NCBI GenBank assembly: GCA_963667035.1
Contig: OY762964.1
Location: 2,592,001-2,656,000, forward strand
DNA: 64,000 nt
From: Candidatus Cloacimonadales bacterium
GTDB taxonomy: Bacteria; Cloacimonadota; Cloacimonadia; Cloacimonadales; JAFGVF01
Reading direction: 5' to 3'
Below, piece by piece: positions 27,982 through 37,948 of this stretch. The notes below the pieces were generated by a model. That model saw only the letters and a program-made list of their open reading frames with translations, had not been told where the DNA came from and did no database searches. Positions within the stretch are counted from its first letter, which is position 1; each line of letters opens with the position of its first letter. Both the position numbers and the translations under genes were made by a program.

Positions 27982-29394
27982 TTAGTTTTCTTCATCTTCG
28001 AACTTAATCAACCGATTTCCCATTCTTTCGTCTAACTGAATTTCTCTTTGCTCTTCATTGAGGTCAACGATTCTAGGTGTAATCTCAATAACAAGGTCAG
28101 TATTGGTAATGATTTCATCACGATGCTGGAAAAGTTTACCAATAAAAGGAATGTCTCCAAGTAATGGAAGCTTATTAGTGCTTTGTGAAATATTAGATGT
28201 TAATAATCCACCAACAATAATTTTCTTTCCACTTGGAACAGTTACGGTTGAATTTATTTTTCTAACTTTTGATCTTGGAACATATCCGCCAACTAATTCA
28301 GTAACTGAACTTACTTCAGGACTTAAAGTTGTAGTTATGTCTCCATCTTTATTAACGGTTGGTTTTACTTTCAGCTTTATACCGACTTCTTCTTTCTCAA
28401 CTTGGACTTCTTTGTCACTATTTAACACAACATAAGGCACTACTTCACCAATATGTATGTCAGCTTCTTCACCATTAAGTGCTGTTAAGCGTGTATCGGT
28501 TAACATTTTTGCAGCATTATTTTCCATTAACCAATCAATTGTAACATCGAATGCATAAAGTTGACGACTGAAGTGTCCAAAATCATCCCAACTTTCCATT
28601 CTTTCAAAATACTGCTCTTCTGGAAGAACTTCAAAAGTTGTTGGATCACCATGCGGTAAGGCACCTGTTTCATCAGTATAACTATAAGGTAAGCCTGTAC
28701 CATCAGCACTGCGTGTATCTTCGGCAAAAATAGTTGTTAAATGATTGAGTTTTGACCAGTCGATACCATATTTTTTGGAATCTTCTATAGAAACTTCAAT
28801 CATTCTTACTCTAATTTCGATCTGTTGCTGTTCTGTGTCTAACTCTTTAATTCTTTCAATGATTTCATTGAAAGTCTGAGGGTTACAACGAACTAAAAGG
28901 GCATTTTGTCCTTCTACAGCAACGATTTCACCAGGCATATCTTTAAATGCTGCCTGAATTTTAGCTGCTTCAACATAATTTAAATAGATGGTGTAGCTTC
29001 TCTCTCCAGCTTCTTCTTGGATTTTCTGCTTATCACCAACTAAGAAAGTGTTTTCGCCAATTACTCTGTAAGTAAGACCAACTGATTTTGAAACAAGCTC
29101 AACAGCTTGTTCGATTGGTACATCTTTAAGATGTACGGTAATTTGAGAGAACTGATCACCCTCTCCAGGTTTTTCATCTCCCTTAGAATCTACTGCCAGA
29201 ACTATGTTGCAACCACTCATTTTTGAGAGAGCAGTCAACACAGAAGACAGCGTTGCATCGTCTGTATCTATTGTAACTTTCTTATTAAGCATCTCTGATT
29301 CAGTGAATGTTACTGCAAACAGAGCACTAACACTAATCATTAAGAAAGTTACTATTAAGATAATCATTTTACGAGAAAAAATCGAAAGTTTCAT
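27982..29394 (-). CDS. pilQ: Type IV pilus secretin PilQ (short form)
   Basis: ITVHLKDVPIEQA, QIEIRVRMIEV..GIDWS, GIKLKVKPTV, PLLGDIPFIGKLFQ, VIEITPRIV. Confidence 0.9.
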   Translation of the reverse strand: MKLSIFSRKMIILIVTFLMISVSALFAVTFTESEMLNKKVTIDTDDATLSSVLTALSKMSGCNIVLAVDSKGDEKPGEGDQFSQITVHLKDVPIEQAVELVSKSVGLTYRVIGENTFLVGDKQKIQEEAGERSYTIYLNYVEAAKIQAAFKDMPGEIVAVEGQNALLVRCNPQTFNEIIERIKELDTEQQQIEIRVRMIEVSIEDSKKYGIDWSKLNHLTTIFAEDTRSADGTGLPYSYTDETGALPHGDPTTFEVLPEEQYFERMESWDDFGHFSRQLYAFDVTIDWLMENNAAKMLTDTRLTALNGEEADIHIGEVVPYVVLNSDKEVQVEKEEVGIKLKVKPTVNKDGDITTTLSPEVSSVTELVGGYVPRSKVRKINSTVTVPSGKKIIVGGLLTSNISQSTNKLPLLGDIPFIGKLFQHRDEIITNTDLVIEITPRIVDLNEEQREIQLDERMGNRLIKFEDEEN

Positions 29395-29409
29395 AATTTC
29401 TCCTATTCT

Positions 29410-29946
29410 TTACCAGTTATATTCAGGTGCTTTATCTTGTTGGATTTCTATAGGTTTAGGTGGGATAGGCTGTTTTACCATTTCCTTTGTTTCACCATTC
29501 TTAGTATAGACTACTTTACCATCTTTGATTTCAATAATCTTTCTACCTTTAACTTCATCTCCAACGCCATAATAATGAGTCTCTCCATCGTGTGCAATTA
29601 TAGCCATACTATTTCCATCTTCGTCAATTGAAGTGCCGGCAAGTCTAATCATTCTTTTAACTTGATCTTGCCATATCTTAAGCATATCTCGTTTGTCTTG
29701 GACAATCAAATCCTGCTTTAGCGGATCTTTTTGAACATTAAACGTAAAAAGCTTTCTATCTGAGATGGATTGTTCGATGGATTGGATTTGTGCCATTAAT
29801 TCCCCATCAAGTTTTTGCTCTTTATACTTTGAGTCTTTTGGGACTTCTTCTACTGTCTTATAGGAAGTGACATTCAGAAAGACAAAAACAATGATTGCGA
29901 TAAATGTTAATGTAATCGCAAAATCTTTTAAATATCTGAATTCCAT
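29410..29946 (-). CDS. PilP/GspC-like alignment protein with N-terminal TM helix and no lipobox
   Basis: KDPL then IRLAGT.....MAII..GETHYYGVGDEVKGRKIIEI; lies between pilO and pilQ. Confidence 0.7.
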   Translation of the reverse strand: MEFRYLKDFAITLTFIAIIVFVFLNVTSYKTVEEVPKDSKYKEQKLDGELMAQIQSIEQSISDRKLFTFNVQKDPLKQDLIVQDKRDMLKIWQDQVKRMIRLAGTSIDEDGNSMAIIAHDGETHYYGVGDEVKGRKIIEIKDGKVVYTKNGETKEMVKQPIPPKPIEIQQDKAPEYNW

Positions 29947-30500
29947 TATGCCTCCTTAAGGACCTTAAAGACAGACAGTTCTATAGAAACTGTGTACATT
30001 GTAGCTTGACCGTCTGATTGTACTTTTGTCTTATCATATATAGGCTTAACTTCTAAATAAGTAATCTTTATTATATGATCAAGACTTTCAAGTTTAGATA
30101 AAAATCTTCCCATTTGGATGTAATTACACTGAAGCTCCATTGTATAATTTTGTTCCACAAGATTAGCTCTTGTAAATACTTCCTTCGGGAAAATGTTACT
30201 AACAGAAATCTTATAGCTATCAGCTAAAGCAGCTAAATCTTTCACAAATTTGTTTGTTTCTTCAGTTTCAAACTTCTTTGTTTTTGTTAAGCTGTTCTGA
30301 ATTATTCTGGAGAATTCACTTAACTCTTCATTCATAATCTTAGCACTATTAAGTTTCTCTTGAGCAACTTTAATTTTTTTATCAACTCTTTTAATCTCTT
30401 TAAGCTCATTGTTAATCATCGAGCTTCTTAGAGAAATAAAACCGGCAACAAACAGAGCAATCACGATAAGGAAAATAAGGTACTTTTGTCTCATATTCAT
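29946..30500 (-). CDS. pilO: Type IV pilus PilO
   Basis: N-terminal TM, coiled coil, Y.QMGRFLSKLESL.HII ferredoxin-like segment; synteny. Confidence 0.75.
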   Translation of the reverse strand: MNMRQKYLIFLIVIALFVAGFISLRSSMINNELKEIKRVDKKIKVAQEKLNSAKIMNEELSEFSRIIQNSLTKTKKFETEETNKFVKDLAALADSYKISVSNIFPKEVFTRANLVEQNYTMELQCNYIQMGRFLSKLESLDHIIKITYLEVKPIYDKTKVQSDGQATMYTVSIELSVFKVLKEA

Positions 30501-30511
30501 AATGTTACTCC

Positions 30512-31102
30512 TTATCTTCTTTTACGTTTCGAATAATCTTTGCCAACCGCATCAACTTGGAACCTCAAAATATCAGTATCCTTCTCTCTGTCTCTTGTGG
30601 ATTTAACAAATTTGATATCAGGGAAATCAGTACTAATCTGCTTGTTTTCTTTCAAACTTGTAATGAAAGAATCAATAAGATCAAACTCCTTCTCATTTCT
30701 ATCAATCTTTGTTATTCCATAAAGACTTAATGTCCCTCTTTTAAAAGAGAAATGAGTTATTGCAATTCGCTTTTCAGTTTGCTCAGCTAATGCTACTAGT
30801 TTTTTAGCCCAGAATACTCTTTCATTGAATATTTGAGCCAACCTATCTAGGTCATTACTTGATAAATAGTCACCACTGGTTTTATACGATTCTATTTGCT
30901 TATTAATGTCTGATAACAAATCTTTTCTGTTTTGTACTTTTTGTTGTAAGTTCTTTTGTAAGTATATAACAAAGCCAAACATTAACAAGGATCCTATAAT
31001 GAATATTAAGAGAAATGTTGTGAAAACTTTTCTTTCATTCTCTTGTTGTAACCGCAACTCACCATACTTATTCAGGTTAATTTTGAAATAAAATTGTTCC
31101 AT
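30512..31102 (-). CDS. pilN: Type IV pilus PilN
   Basis: KINLN PilM-binding motif, TM helix, coiled coil; synteny. Confidence 0.75.
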   Translation of the reverse strand: MEQFYFKINLNKYGELRLQQENERKVFTTFLLIFIIGSLLMFGFVIYLQKNLQQKVQNRKDLLSDINKQIESYKTSGDYLSSNDLDRLAQIFNERVFWAKKLVALAEQTEKRIAITHFSFKRGTLSLYGITKIDRNEKEFDLIDSFITSLKENKQISTDFPDIKFVKSTRDREKDTDILRFQVDAVGKDYSKRKRR

Positions 31103-31111
31103 AACTTCTCC

Positions 31112-32182
31112 TTACTCAGCTCTCATGGCAAGTCCGATCGCAAGACTTAATTGAGGATCTTGTTTATCTTTAAGTTTCTCAGGCATCTCTAAACCTACAA
31201 ATGGATCAAACACTTCTGTAGGAATATTTACTTTTGATTCGATATATTCAGGTAAACCTTTAAGCTTTGCAGATCCACCCATTAAGATAATTTTGCGGTA
31301 ATCACTGTTTCCAGCATCTTTTACATAGTATCTTAATGATCTTCGAACTTCTTCAACAATCTGCTCATGGGTAGATTTCTCTGAAATATCTAGTAATGAG
31401 ATTGACTGAGTATCCTCGTCAGAATCACCAGATCCAATACCATTCTCAAATTTGTATTCTTCAGCTTCATCAAAAGCAATATCTTTTTTGCGCATAATAT
31501 CTTTAGTGAAATTCATTCCACCAAGATTAATGTCACGGGCAAAATATTTTGATTTTGGGCCAAAGATAACAAGATTAGTTCTGTGTGCACCAATATTTAA
31601 AATGATATAAACGCCATCCTCTACCATTGTATTTAAGGCAAAACTATTGGCTACTGCTAATGGGTCTACGTCCACCATATTAGCAACTAAGCCGGCTTGT
31701 CCTAAAATATTTGTATGAGTTTGTACCATATCCTTGGTTGAAGCTGCTAACAATATATTCATATTATTAGTGTTTTCTTCAATATTAAGGACTTGATAAT
31801 CTAGCACCATTTCATTACCGGAAATCGGTATATGTTTCTTTGCTTCAAAGAATAGTGCTGATTCCAACTCTTCGTCAGGTAGGAATATTGTCTTAATCTG
31901 CTTAATACTGATATCGTCACCACCAATTGATGAAACAACGTGTTTCATTTTTCTTGGTTTAAGCTTTAAAGTTTTAAGCATTTCAGAAATTACCGGACCA
32001 AACCGATCATTCCTTAAATCAGATAAGATATATTCAATTCCCTGGGGAACTGTAGGTCTTATCTCATAGTTGAGAAGCTTAAAACCGTTATGGATTCTCT
32101 TGAGGTGAACCATTTTCACACTATGGCTACCGATATCAATTCCAAGAGACTCTTTAAATTTAACGGTTTTCTTTTTTTTCAT
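31112..32182 (-). CDS. pilM: Type IV pilus PilM (actin-like)
   Basis: GIDIGSHSVK, EAKKHIP, LDYQ, LNIGAHRT, ILMGGSAKLKGL, AIGLAMR. Confidence 0.92.
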   Translation of the reverse strand: MKKKKTVKFKESLGIDIGSHSVKMVHLKRIHNGFKLLNYEIRPTVPQGIEYILSDLRNDRFGPVISEMLKTLKLKPRKMKHVVSSIGGDDISIKQIKTIFLPDEELESALFFEAKKHIPISGNEMVLDYQVLNIEENTNNMNILLAASTKDMVQTHTNILGQAGLVANMVDVDPLAVANSFALNTMVEDGVYIILNIGAHRTNLVIFGPKSKYFARDINLGGMNFTKDIMRKKDIAFDEAEEYKFENGIGSGDSDEDTQSISLLDISEKSTHEQIVEEVRRSLRYYVKDAGNSDYRKIILMGGSAKLKGLPEYIESKVNIPTEVFDPFVGLEMPEKLKDKQDPQLSLAIGLAMRAE

Positions 32183-32207
32183 ATTGCCTCTTTAATCTTA
32201 AATAATA

Positions 32208-34172
32208 TTAGAATGATGAAGGAGGTCTCTTGAATCTTGCCGATTCAGCGTCGAACGGACTTAAACCTCTTTCTACATGAACACTAGGATAATTAGGTGG
32301 TTGATATGATTCGAATCTGGTATCGAACATATAGACTTTATCATATCCTTCACCGGAAGTTGGACAATCGCCACCGTATTGAGCTACATTGTCGATATTT
32401 TGATTATCAAAACGCCAAATACCCTGCTGTCTATTTGCATTATCAAAGTTAGACCTGTGGACATAGCCGCGTCTTCTTTGAGCAACAGAACCAAATAGAT
32501 ATATGGATCCTCGATCACCAGCCATTGATGTTGTAGTGGCGTTTAACTCCGGGTATAACGGATTATAGAATGGATAATCCAAATCCCCGGGCCAGGAATT
32601 AGCCTCCCTTGTAGGACCATAATCAATTATATATCCATAGTCTGTAGGTTGGTAACCTAAAGCCGGGATATATGACATACCAACTAAATCCGGATATGGT
32701 ATTTCCTGTTGAGTAAAAACAGTATCCATCTCTGGATCATATATAGAAAATAGATTACCATTATTATATGCATTATAAATCACATCTGGATGTGTAGAGA
32801 AATGTGGGTGCATATATTCAAATGTAAACACCCCATCATAATTCGGATTACCATCACCATCTCCCAAGGCACAAAGAGCTGCATATATGTATATATCATC
32901 ACTATTAGGATGACGTCTTGGATATACACCATCTACGGCACTCTCCATTAAGTCGGGCATCCCATATTTGATAACTATATTTTTCTCAGAAACGATACCG
33001 ACATAATCATTACGGTTCAATGTAAGTGGATCATCTGGTTTATCCCCAATCGCAGTTCCATCTAAAAGGATACTTCCGGCAAGGAATAAAGTATCTGAAC
33101 AAGCCCAGGTTTGGGATCCTGCAAATCTTCCTTCAAGCCATAACTGAGGTCCATCAATCATGACAGAGCTCCCTGACGGACAAGTGGGCGAAAATGATGA
33201 CCAAATCGTATCCTTTATCGTTACATGATTAACTGCCGTTCTATCTCTAACCAGCTGAAACGGCCACTCAGTACCTTCATAATCCGTCCAAGTACCTGGA
33301 TCAGGAACTAGATTAATCATAGAATCAACATAAGCAGTTATATATCCTTGGTACCCTTGTGTTGAAGCACCCTGAGAGTTAACATATAATATTTGGCAAT
33401 TCAGGTCTAGAGTGGTTCCAAATGCTCGAATTTCATCTGCTGTAGGATTGAAAACTAATTCACCAGCATTTTCTTCATATCCATCTCTGAATATCTGATC
33501 CATTGGACCTGCTGAATTCAACCATTCAATCTCACCAGAAGTCGAAACGTGACCGAAGAAACATGGCCAAGCTCCGTTATATTCGTTGTTACCACCATTT
33601 TGTATAACTATACTACTATTACTATGAATACGTCCATAGATAACGTCATTTCCCCAAAATCTCACACTAGTATCATTGGTAGACATTTCGTTATCAGTAA
33701 AGTAGTGATATCCGGCAAATGACATTTGTTCAAGATCCCATTCACCATATTTCTTTATACTAGATTCGTTTCTAGGAGTAAGGAAGCCACCTAACGCTCC
33801 CCTTTTCCCTCTAACGAGACTCTGAACTATACTACCAGATGCAACTGCGTGATCGCCTGCATTATATTCTGATTTAGGAACAAGCTTACTCTTCATGTAG
33901 TAGCTTCTTCTCATATTCTTTGAACTAATTTGAACTCTTTTTTCAGGAAAACTAAGAGTTCCTTGGTAATTAACACTTCTTTTAACATACAAGCCTCTGT
34001 CTAATTCTGATCTTAGAAGATGTAGTTCCTGTAAAGCGTCATACTGTTGAGAATAGGTAGCTGTATCCATGCTAGACATAACTGCCATTGCTATACTAGA
34101 AAGTACAGCTATTATAGCAACTACTATCGCAAGTGACAAGCTTCCATTCTGGTCAAGAATTCTTCTTTTCAT
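32208..34172 (-). CDS. Large PilX-like minor pilin, putative tip protein
   Basis: NG|SLSLAIVVAIIAVL class III leader without Glu5; about 600-aa C-terminal region; follows PilV- and PilW-like genes. Confidence 0.7.
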   Translation of the reverse strand: MKRRILDQNGSLSLAIVVAIIAVLSSIAMAVMSSMDTATYSQQYDALQELHLLRSELDRGLYVKRSVNYQGTLSFPEKRVQISSKNMRRSYYMKSKLVPKSEYNAGDHAVASGSIVQSLVRGKRGALGGFLTPRNESSIKKYGEWDLEQMSFAGYHYFTDNEMSTNDTSVRFWGNDVIYGRIHSNSSIVIQNGGNNEYNGAWPCFFGHVSTSGEIEWLNSAGPMDQIFRDGYEENAGELVFNPTADEIRAFGTTLDLNCQILYVNSQGASTQGYQGYITAYVDSMINLVPDPGTWTDYEGTEWPFQLVRDRTAVNHVTIKDTIWSSFSPTCPSGSSVMIDGPQLWLEGRFAGSQTWACSDTLFLAGSILLDGTAIGDKPDDPLTLNRNDYVGIVSEKNIVIKYGMPDLMESAVDGVYPRRHPNSDDIYIYAALCALGDGDGNPNYDGVFTFEYMHPHFSTHPDVIYNAYNNGNLFSIYDPEMDTVFTQQEIPYPDLVGMSYIPALGYQPTDYGYIIDYGPTREANSWPGDLDYPFYNPLYPELNATTTSMAGDRGSIYLFGSVAQRRRGYVHRSNFDNANRQQGIWRFDNQNIDNVAQYGGDCPTSGEGYDKVYMFDTRFESYQPPNYPSVHVERGLSPFDAESARFKRPPSSF

Positions 34173-34184
34173 GGTTACTTCCTT

Positions 34185-34838
34185 TTACTCATTAGCCCCA
34201 GAGTTATCACTTTCTGTGTTTTCTTGTTTGTTAATTATCGTTGTCATAGCAGTCTTATATCTTACAGGAAAGACTTTACCTTTATACCTCAACTCTGCTT
34301 CAAGAACTATTTCAATTAGCCTTGCAGGGTTTAACTGATAAATAGCTGTGTTAGCTTGATTTAGCATTGTTACACTAAAATTAGTAACAAAGATTCTATT
34401 ATCATACTTCCCCGGAAACAAAATTATCGGAGAAGGAGGCCCAACAGATTGATAAAGGTAGGTACCTTTTATCTTTCCGTCATCAAGGTAGTATTCTGAA
34501 AAATCAAAATACCCCCCCTGTTGTATTGAAGGTACTACTCTAACACCCCTACCTTCAGCACTGCTAAATCCTCTTGTTATCCTCAGCTCGTTAGCACTGG
34601 CAACTCCATAAAAATAAGTCTCAGAACCTGATCCTAGAGGTAAACCATATTTAATGGTATCAAGAGTATTAAAGGCTTCTTGATACAAATAAGTCCTTAA
34701 TCTGTATTCTTCATATTTATTGAAAAATGCGATTATGGCCCAGATGGCTCCAACGGTAACAATAACGGATATAAGCATGGAAGCAGCAAGTTCTGATATT
34801 GTGAATCCATTCTCAGATTTAAAATAATACTTTTTCAT
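34185..34838 (-). CDS. Minor pilin, PilW-like
   Basis: NG|FTISELAASMLISVIV prepilin motif. Confidence 0.8.
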   Translation of the reverse strand: MKKYYFKSENGFTISELAASMLISVIVTVGAIWAIIAFFNKYEEYRLRTYLYQEAFNTLDTIKYGLPLGSGSETYFYGVASANELRITRGFSSAEGRGVRVVPSIQQGGYFDFSEYYLDDGKIKGTYLYQSVGPPSPIILFPGKYDNRIFVTNFSVTMLNQANTAIYQLNPARLIEIVLEAELRYKGKVFPVRYKTAMTTIINKQENTESDNSGANE

Positions 34839-34847
34839 CTTATCCGC

Positions 34848-35267
34848 CTATTCTCTATAAAAATCTTCTCGTAAGACAATTTCTCGTTGTTCTCCACCTG
34901 CACGTTCCGTCCACTGAACACTTATTTCTATCGCAGTATATGGGATGTTTTGAAGAACGATATCCGGCGGAACAATAGCTAATTTCTCATAATGCATTGT
35001 TCCATCAATTCTAATAGGTCCTTGATCGTCTATAAGCACCGTTTTATCCTGGAAGGGTGATAGTTGTTTTCCATAGGTATTATATGAGAATCTTTGTTTA
35101 TCAAGCTCACCCGCAGCATGCCATAAAGCAACGCGGTCATGATAGTTTCTCATTATATTCCTTTCAACATATACAATCCCAACGTATAGAGCTATAGAAG
35201 CAATCACCACTATAATTGCTGAAGCTATTACTTCTGCTAGTGTGAATCCGTTTTCGTTCTTATACAT
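34848..35267 (-). CDS. Minor pilin, PilV-like
   Basis: NG|FTLAEVIASAIIVVIA; C-terminal IEISVQW. Confidence 0.8.
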   Translation of the reverse strand: MYKNENGFTLAEVIASAIIVVIASIALYVGIVYVERNIMRNYHDRVALWHAAGELDKQRFSYNTYGKQLSPFQDKTVLIDDQGPIRIDGTMHYEKLAIVPPDIVLQNIPYTAIEISVQWTERAGGEQREIVLREDFYRE

Positions 35268-35280
35268 ATCTTTTCTTTAT

Positions 35281-36336
35281 TTAGAAGCCTACGCCAGTGG
35301 CGAACATCTTCTTGTTATCAGCAATCTGCTCTGCAAGCTGGCGATCAACATAACCGTTCATAACCAAGTTATACAGAGATTGATCTTTGGTCTGCATACC
35401 TTCCTTCGTTCCGGATTGAATAACAGATGGTATCTGATATGTCTTCTCTTCACGAATAAGATTTCGTACAGCAGAGTTTGCAATCATTATCTCAAGTGCA
35501 GGGATACGAGCCTTTCCATCCTTTGTAGGGAGGAGAGTCTGAGATATAACTGCCTCAAGAGATTCAGACAACATTGATCTAACCTGTTGCTGTTGTTCTT
35601 TAGGGAACATGTCAATAATACGGTCGATTGATTTTGTTGCACTTCCTGTATGAAGAGTTGCAAACACAAGGTGACCGGTTTCAGCTGCGGTTAAAGCAAG
35701 CGAAACAGTTTCAAGATCACGCATCTCACCCACAAGTATTACATCAGGGTCTTCACGGAGAGCCGAACGCAATGCTGCGGTAAAAGACCAAGTATCATGA
35801 CCTAATTCCCTTTGGTTAATTAATGAGCCCTTACTTCTATGTACAAACTCAATTGGATCTTCGATTGTGATAATATGACAAGCTTTCTTGTCATTAATGT
35901 GGTCAATCATCGTTGCCAAAGTAGTTGACTTACCACTTCCGGTAGGTCCTGTCACCAGGATTAATCCCTTTTCTTTGTAACAAAGTTTTCTCATTGACTC
36001 CGGAATATGGAGTTCTTCGAAACCTTTAATTTCATTAGGAATTACACGGAAGGCTGCAGCCAAACCATTGATCTGATGAAACGCATTAACACGGAATCTT
36101 ACGTCGTTTGAAAGTTTACAAGAAAAGTCGAATTCCAAGTTTTTCTTGAACAAAGCTTTCTGTGCATCTGTCATTACTCCAAATATCAGATGAGCAATTT
36201 CTTCATCCGATAATTGAGGAATGTTTAGACGCTTCATGATTCCGTTTACACGAACCATCGGATGAGAACCCGCACTTATGTGAAGGTCTGAAGCCCCGGC
36301 GTCAGATGTAAACTTCAGTAATTCTTGAATCGTCAA
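35281..36336 (-). CDS. pilT: Type IV pilus retraction ATPase PilT
   Basis: ASDLH, RFRVNAF, GPTGSGKSTT, ALREDPD, AAETGHLVFATLHT, AVRNLIRE; TTG start with GGAGG RBS. Confidence 0.96.
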   Translation of the reverse strand: MTIQELLKFTSDAGASDLHISAGSHPMVRVNGIMKRLNIPQLSDEEIAHLIFGVMTDAQKALFKKNLEFDFSCKLSNDVRFRVNAFHQINGLAAAFRVIPNEIKGFEELHIPESMRKLCYKEKGLILVTGPTGSGKSTTLATMIDHINDKKACHIITIEDPIEFVHRSKGSLINQRELGHDTWSFTAALRSALREDPDVILVGEMRDLETVSLALTAAETGHLVFATLHTGSATKSIDRIIDMFPKEQQQQVRSMLSESLEAVISQTLLPTKDGKARIPALEIMIANSAVRNLIREEKTYQIPSVIQSGTKEGMQTKDQSLYNLVMNGYVDRQLAEQIADNKKMFATGVGF

Positions 36337-36404
36337 TTTTTCCTCCAGTAGACACCCTAACTACGGGTATCTGGTTTCAGTCAATAATCTGCTAAAATGC
36401 TAGA

Positions 36405-36836
36405 TTATTCTTGTCCGCCGGAATCGATGTCTGTCCACTCATCAATACCATAGCCATGATAAGCAGCTTCATCTTCGTCATACCATACCTGCTTGCCTTC
36501 GCCTGCAGGGAAATCAGCTGTAGAAGTAGCAAGATACTTCTTAGGTGGATTTCCAACTACTTCGAAATCCCAGTTAGTTGTTGTACCTTTACCAAGTTTA
36601 GCTTCGTCCATTGCATCTTCAATTGTGAAGTCATCTGTTGTTCCATAGTTTTGTAATCTGATGTCAAAAGCGTTTCTGATAGCTCTTAAAGCTGTCTGAG
36701 CTTCTGTTGATCTTGATTTCTCAACATAACGCATATAGCGTGGAACTGCAAACGCTGCAAGGATAGCAACGATGATAACAACAACAAGGATTTCAATAAG
36801 AGTAAATCCTTTCTGATTCTTAAGGTAACGTGACAT
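36405..36836 (-). CDS. pilA: Major type IVa pilin
   Basis: QKG|FTLIEILVVVIIVAILAAFAVPRY; AGGAGG RBS; first gene of the cluster. Confidence 0.9.
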   Translation of the reverse strand: MSRYLKNQKGFTLIEILVVVIIVAILAAFAVPRYMRYVEKSRSTEAQTALRAIRNAFDIRLQNYGTTDDFTIEDAMDEAKLGKGTTTNWDFEVVGNPPKKYLATSTADFPAGEGKQVWYDEDEAAYHGYGIDEWTDIDSGGQE

Positions 36837-36878
36837 GGTTTCCTCCTGTCTTTAGATTTTGATACGTATTTTATGTTT

Positions 36879-36894
36879 TGCACATTTCATGCCA
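36879..36894 (-). promoter_or_regulatory. Sigma54 (-24/-12) promoter of pilA
   Basis: Minus strand TGGCATGAAATGTGCA = GG-N10-GC, about 45 bp upstream of the ATG. Confidence 0.7.
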
Positions 36895-37272
36895 AAAACA
36901 CACTTTTTACTCATTATTTACATTTGGATAATAAAACGATAGTGCTTTATAAAGTCAAATAAAAATTTGCTACTTTCCTCTCTTTTACTTTTTTCGCTTA
37001 TTCTGAGTCACACTATACTTATTCTTTATATACTTAAAAGTCATAACTTTAGCTAACTAACAAATCAATTTCAGCTTCTTTCAATATTGAGCTTTCTCAT
37101 TAATTATTAGTTAGTTAGCAAATAATATCTATCAATTCGCAACTACCTACGATCTTTCATTTATCAGTCTCTAGTTAAATAGTCCGGAAAATGCCGACTA
37201 TTCTCTAATTTCTTTGCTTACTAACAGATTGTTAACTTTGTTACTCACATTATAACTAAGTATGCAATCAGC

Positions 37273-37947
37273 TTATTTGACTTGTATAATGAAGGTTTTG
37301 GCTATTACACTTGTACCATTCTCATTATACGGTTCTACACTCCAGTAATATTCTACCCCGGATTTTACTTCAATCTCATACTCAGTTTCACTTATGTCAG
37401 CAATTTCTGTCATATAGTTAGAATTTACGCCAAGGTATAGTTTATATCCTGTTGCTCTATCAATATTCTCCCATTTTAACAGCACTACCCCTGCCTCTAC
37501 TTCAGTTTCAGACAATAATGAACTAATTACAGGAGCTGGAGGTGCATTTTCTGTTGAAAGAATAACCAAATCTTTATAATATATAAAGCTAGTCTCTAGT
37601 TCAGTCTCTTGAGTCACATGGGCAATAGCTCCTGTCTTTAGATTCAAAATTAGTACATGAATTGTCTCAGTTTTCCCCATAGGAATTTGGAAATCAGAAG
37701 TCTGAATCTGGATAACAGATTCATTTCTATCTTCCATAATAAAGTATTTTGAGCCATTTGACGAGTTATTAGTCAAGATATCTCCAGGTGAGCTCTCCTT
37801 CCAAGCTTCCCAATAAAGTTCATCTTCTTTAATTGGTGAAAACTCACTTGTTTGACATCTTACAAGCACTGAGAATGGTATAGAATTAGGGATACACATC
37901 ATTATATTCGAAATTCCTAAAATTAACAGTATTGTAAATAATTTCAT
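37273..37947 (-). CDS. Secreted protein: N-terminal domain paralogous to 38759..40375 plus one FN3-like domain
   Basis: Signal peptide; L.W...ATGYKLYLG...YYWSVEPYNENG. Confidence 0.7.
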   Translation of the reverse strand: MKLFTILLILGISNIMMCIPNSIPFSVLVRCQTSEFSPIKEDELYWEAWKESSPGDILTNNSSNGSKYFIMEDRNESVIQIQTSDFQIPMGKTETIHVLILNLKTGAIAHVTQETELETSFIYYKDLVILSTENAPPAPVISSLLSETEVEAGVVLLKWENIDRATGYKLYLGVNSNYMTEIADISETEYEIEVKSGVEYYWSVEPYNENGTSVIAKTFIIQVK

Positions 37948-37948
37948 G

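Noticed and set aside
21870..36836. Type II secretion system
   Set aside because: PilT with AVRNLIRE, actin-like PilM and PilN/PilO indicate a retractile type IVa pilus.
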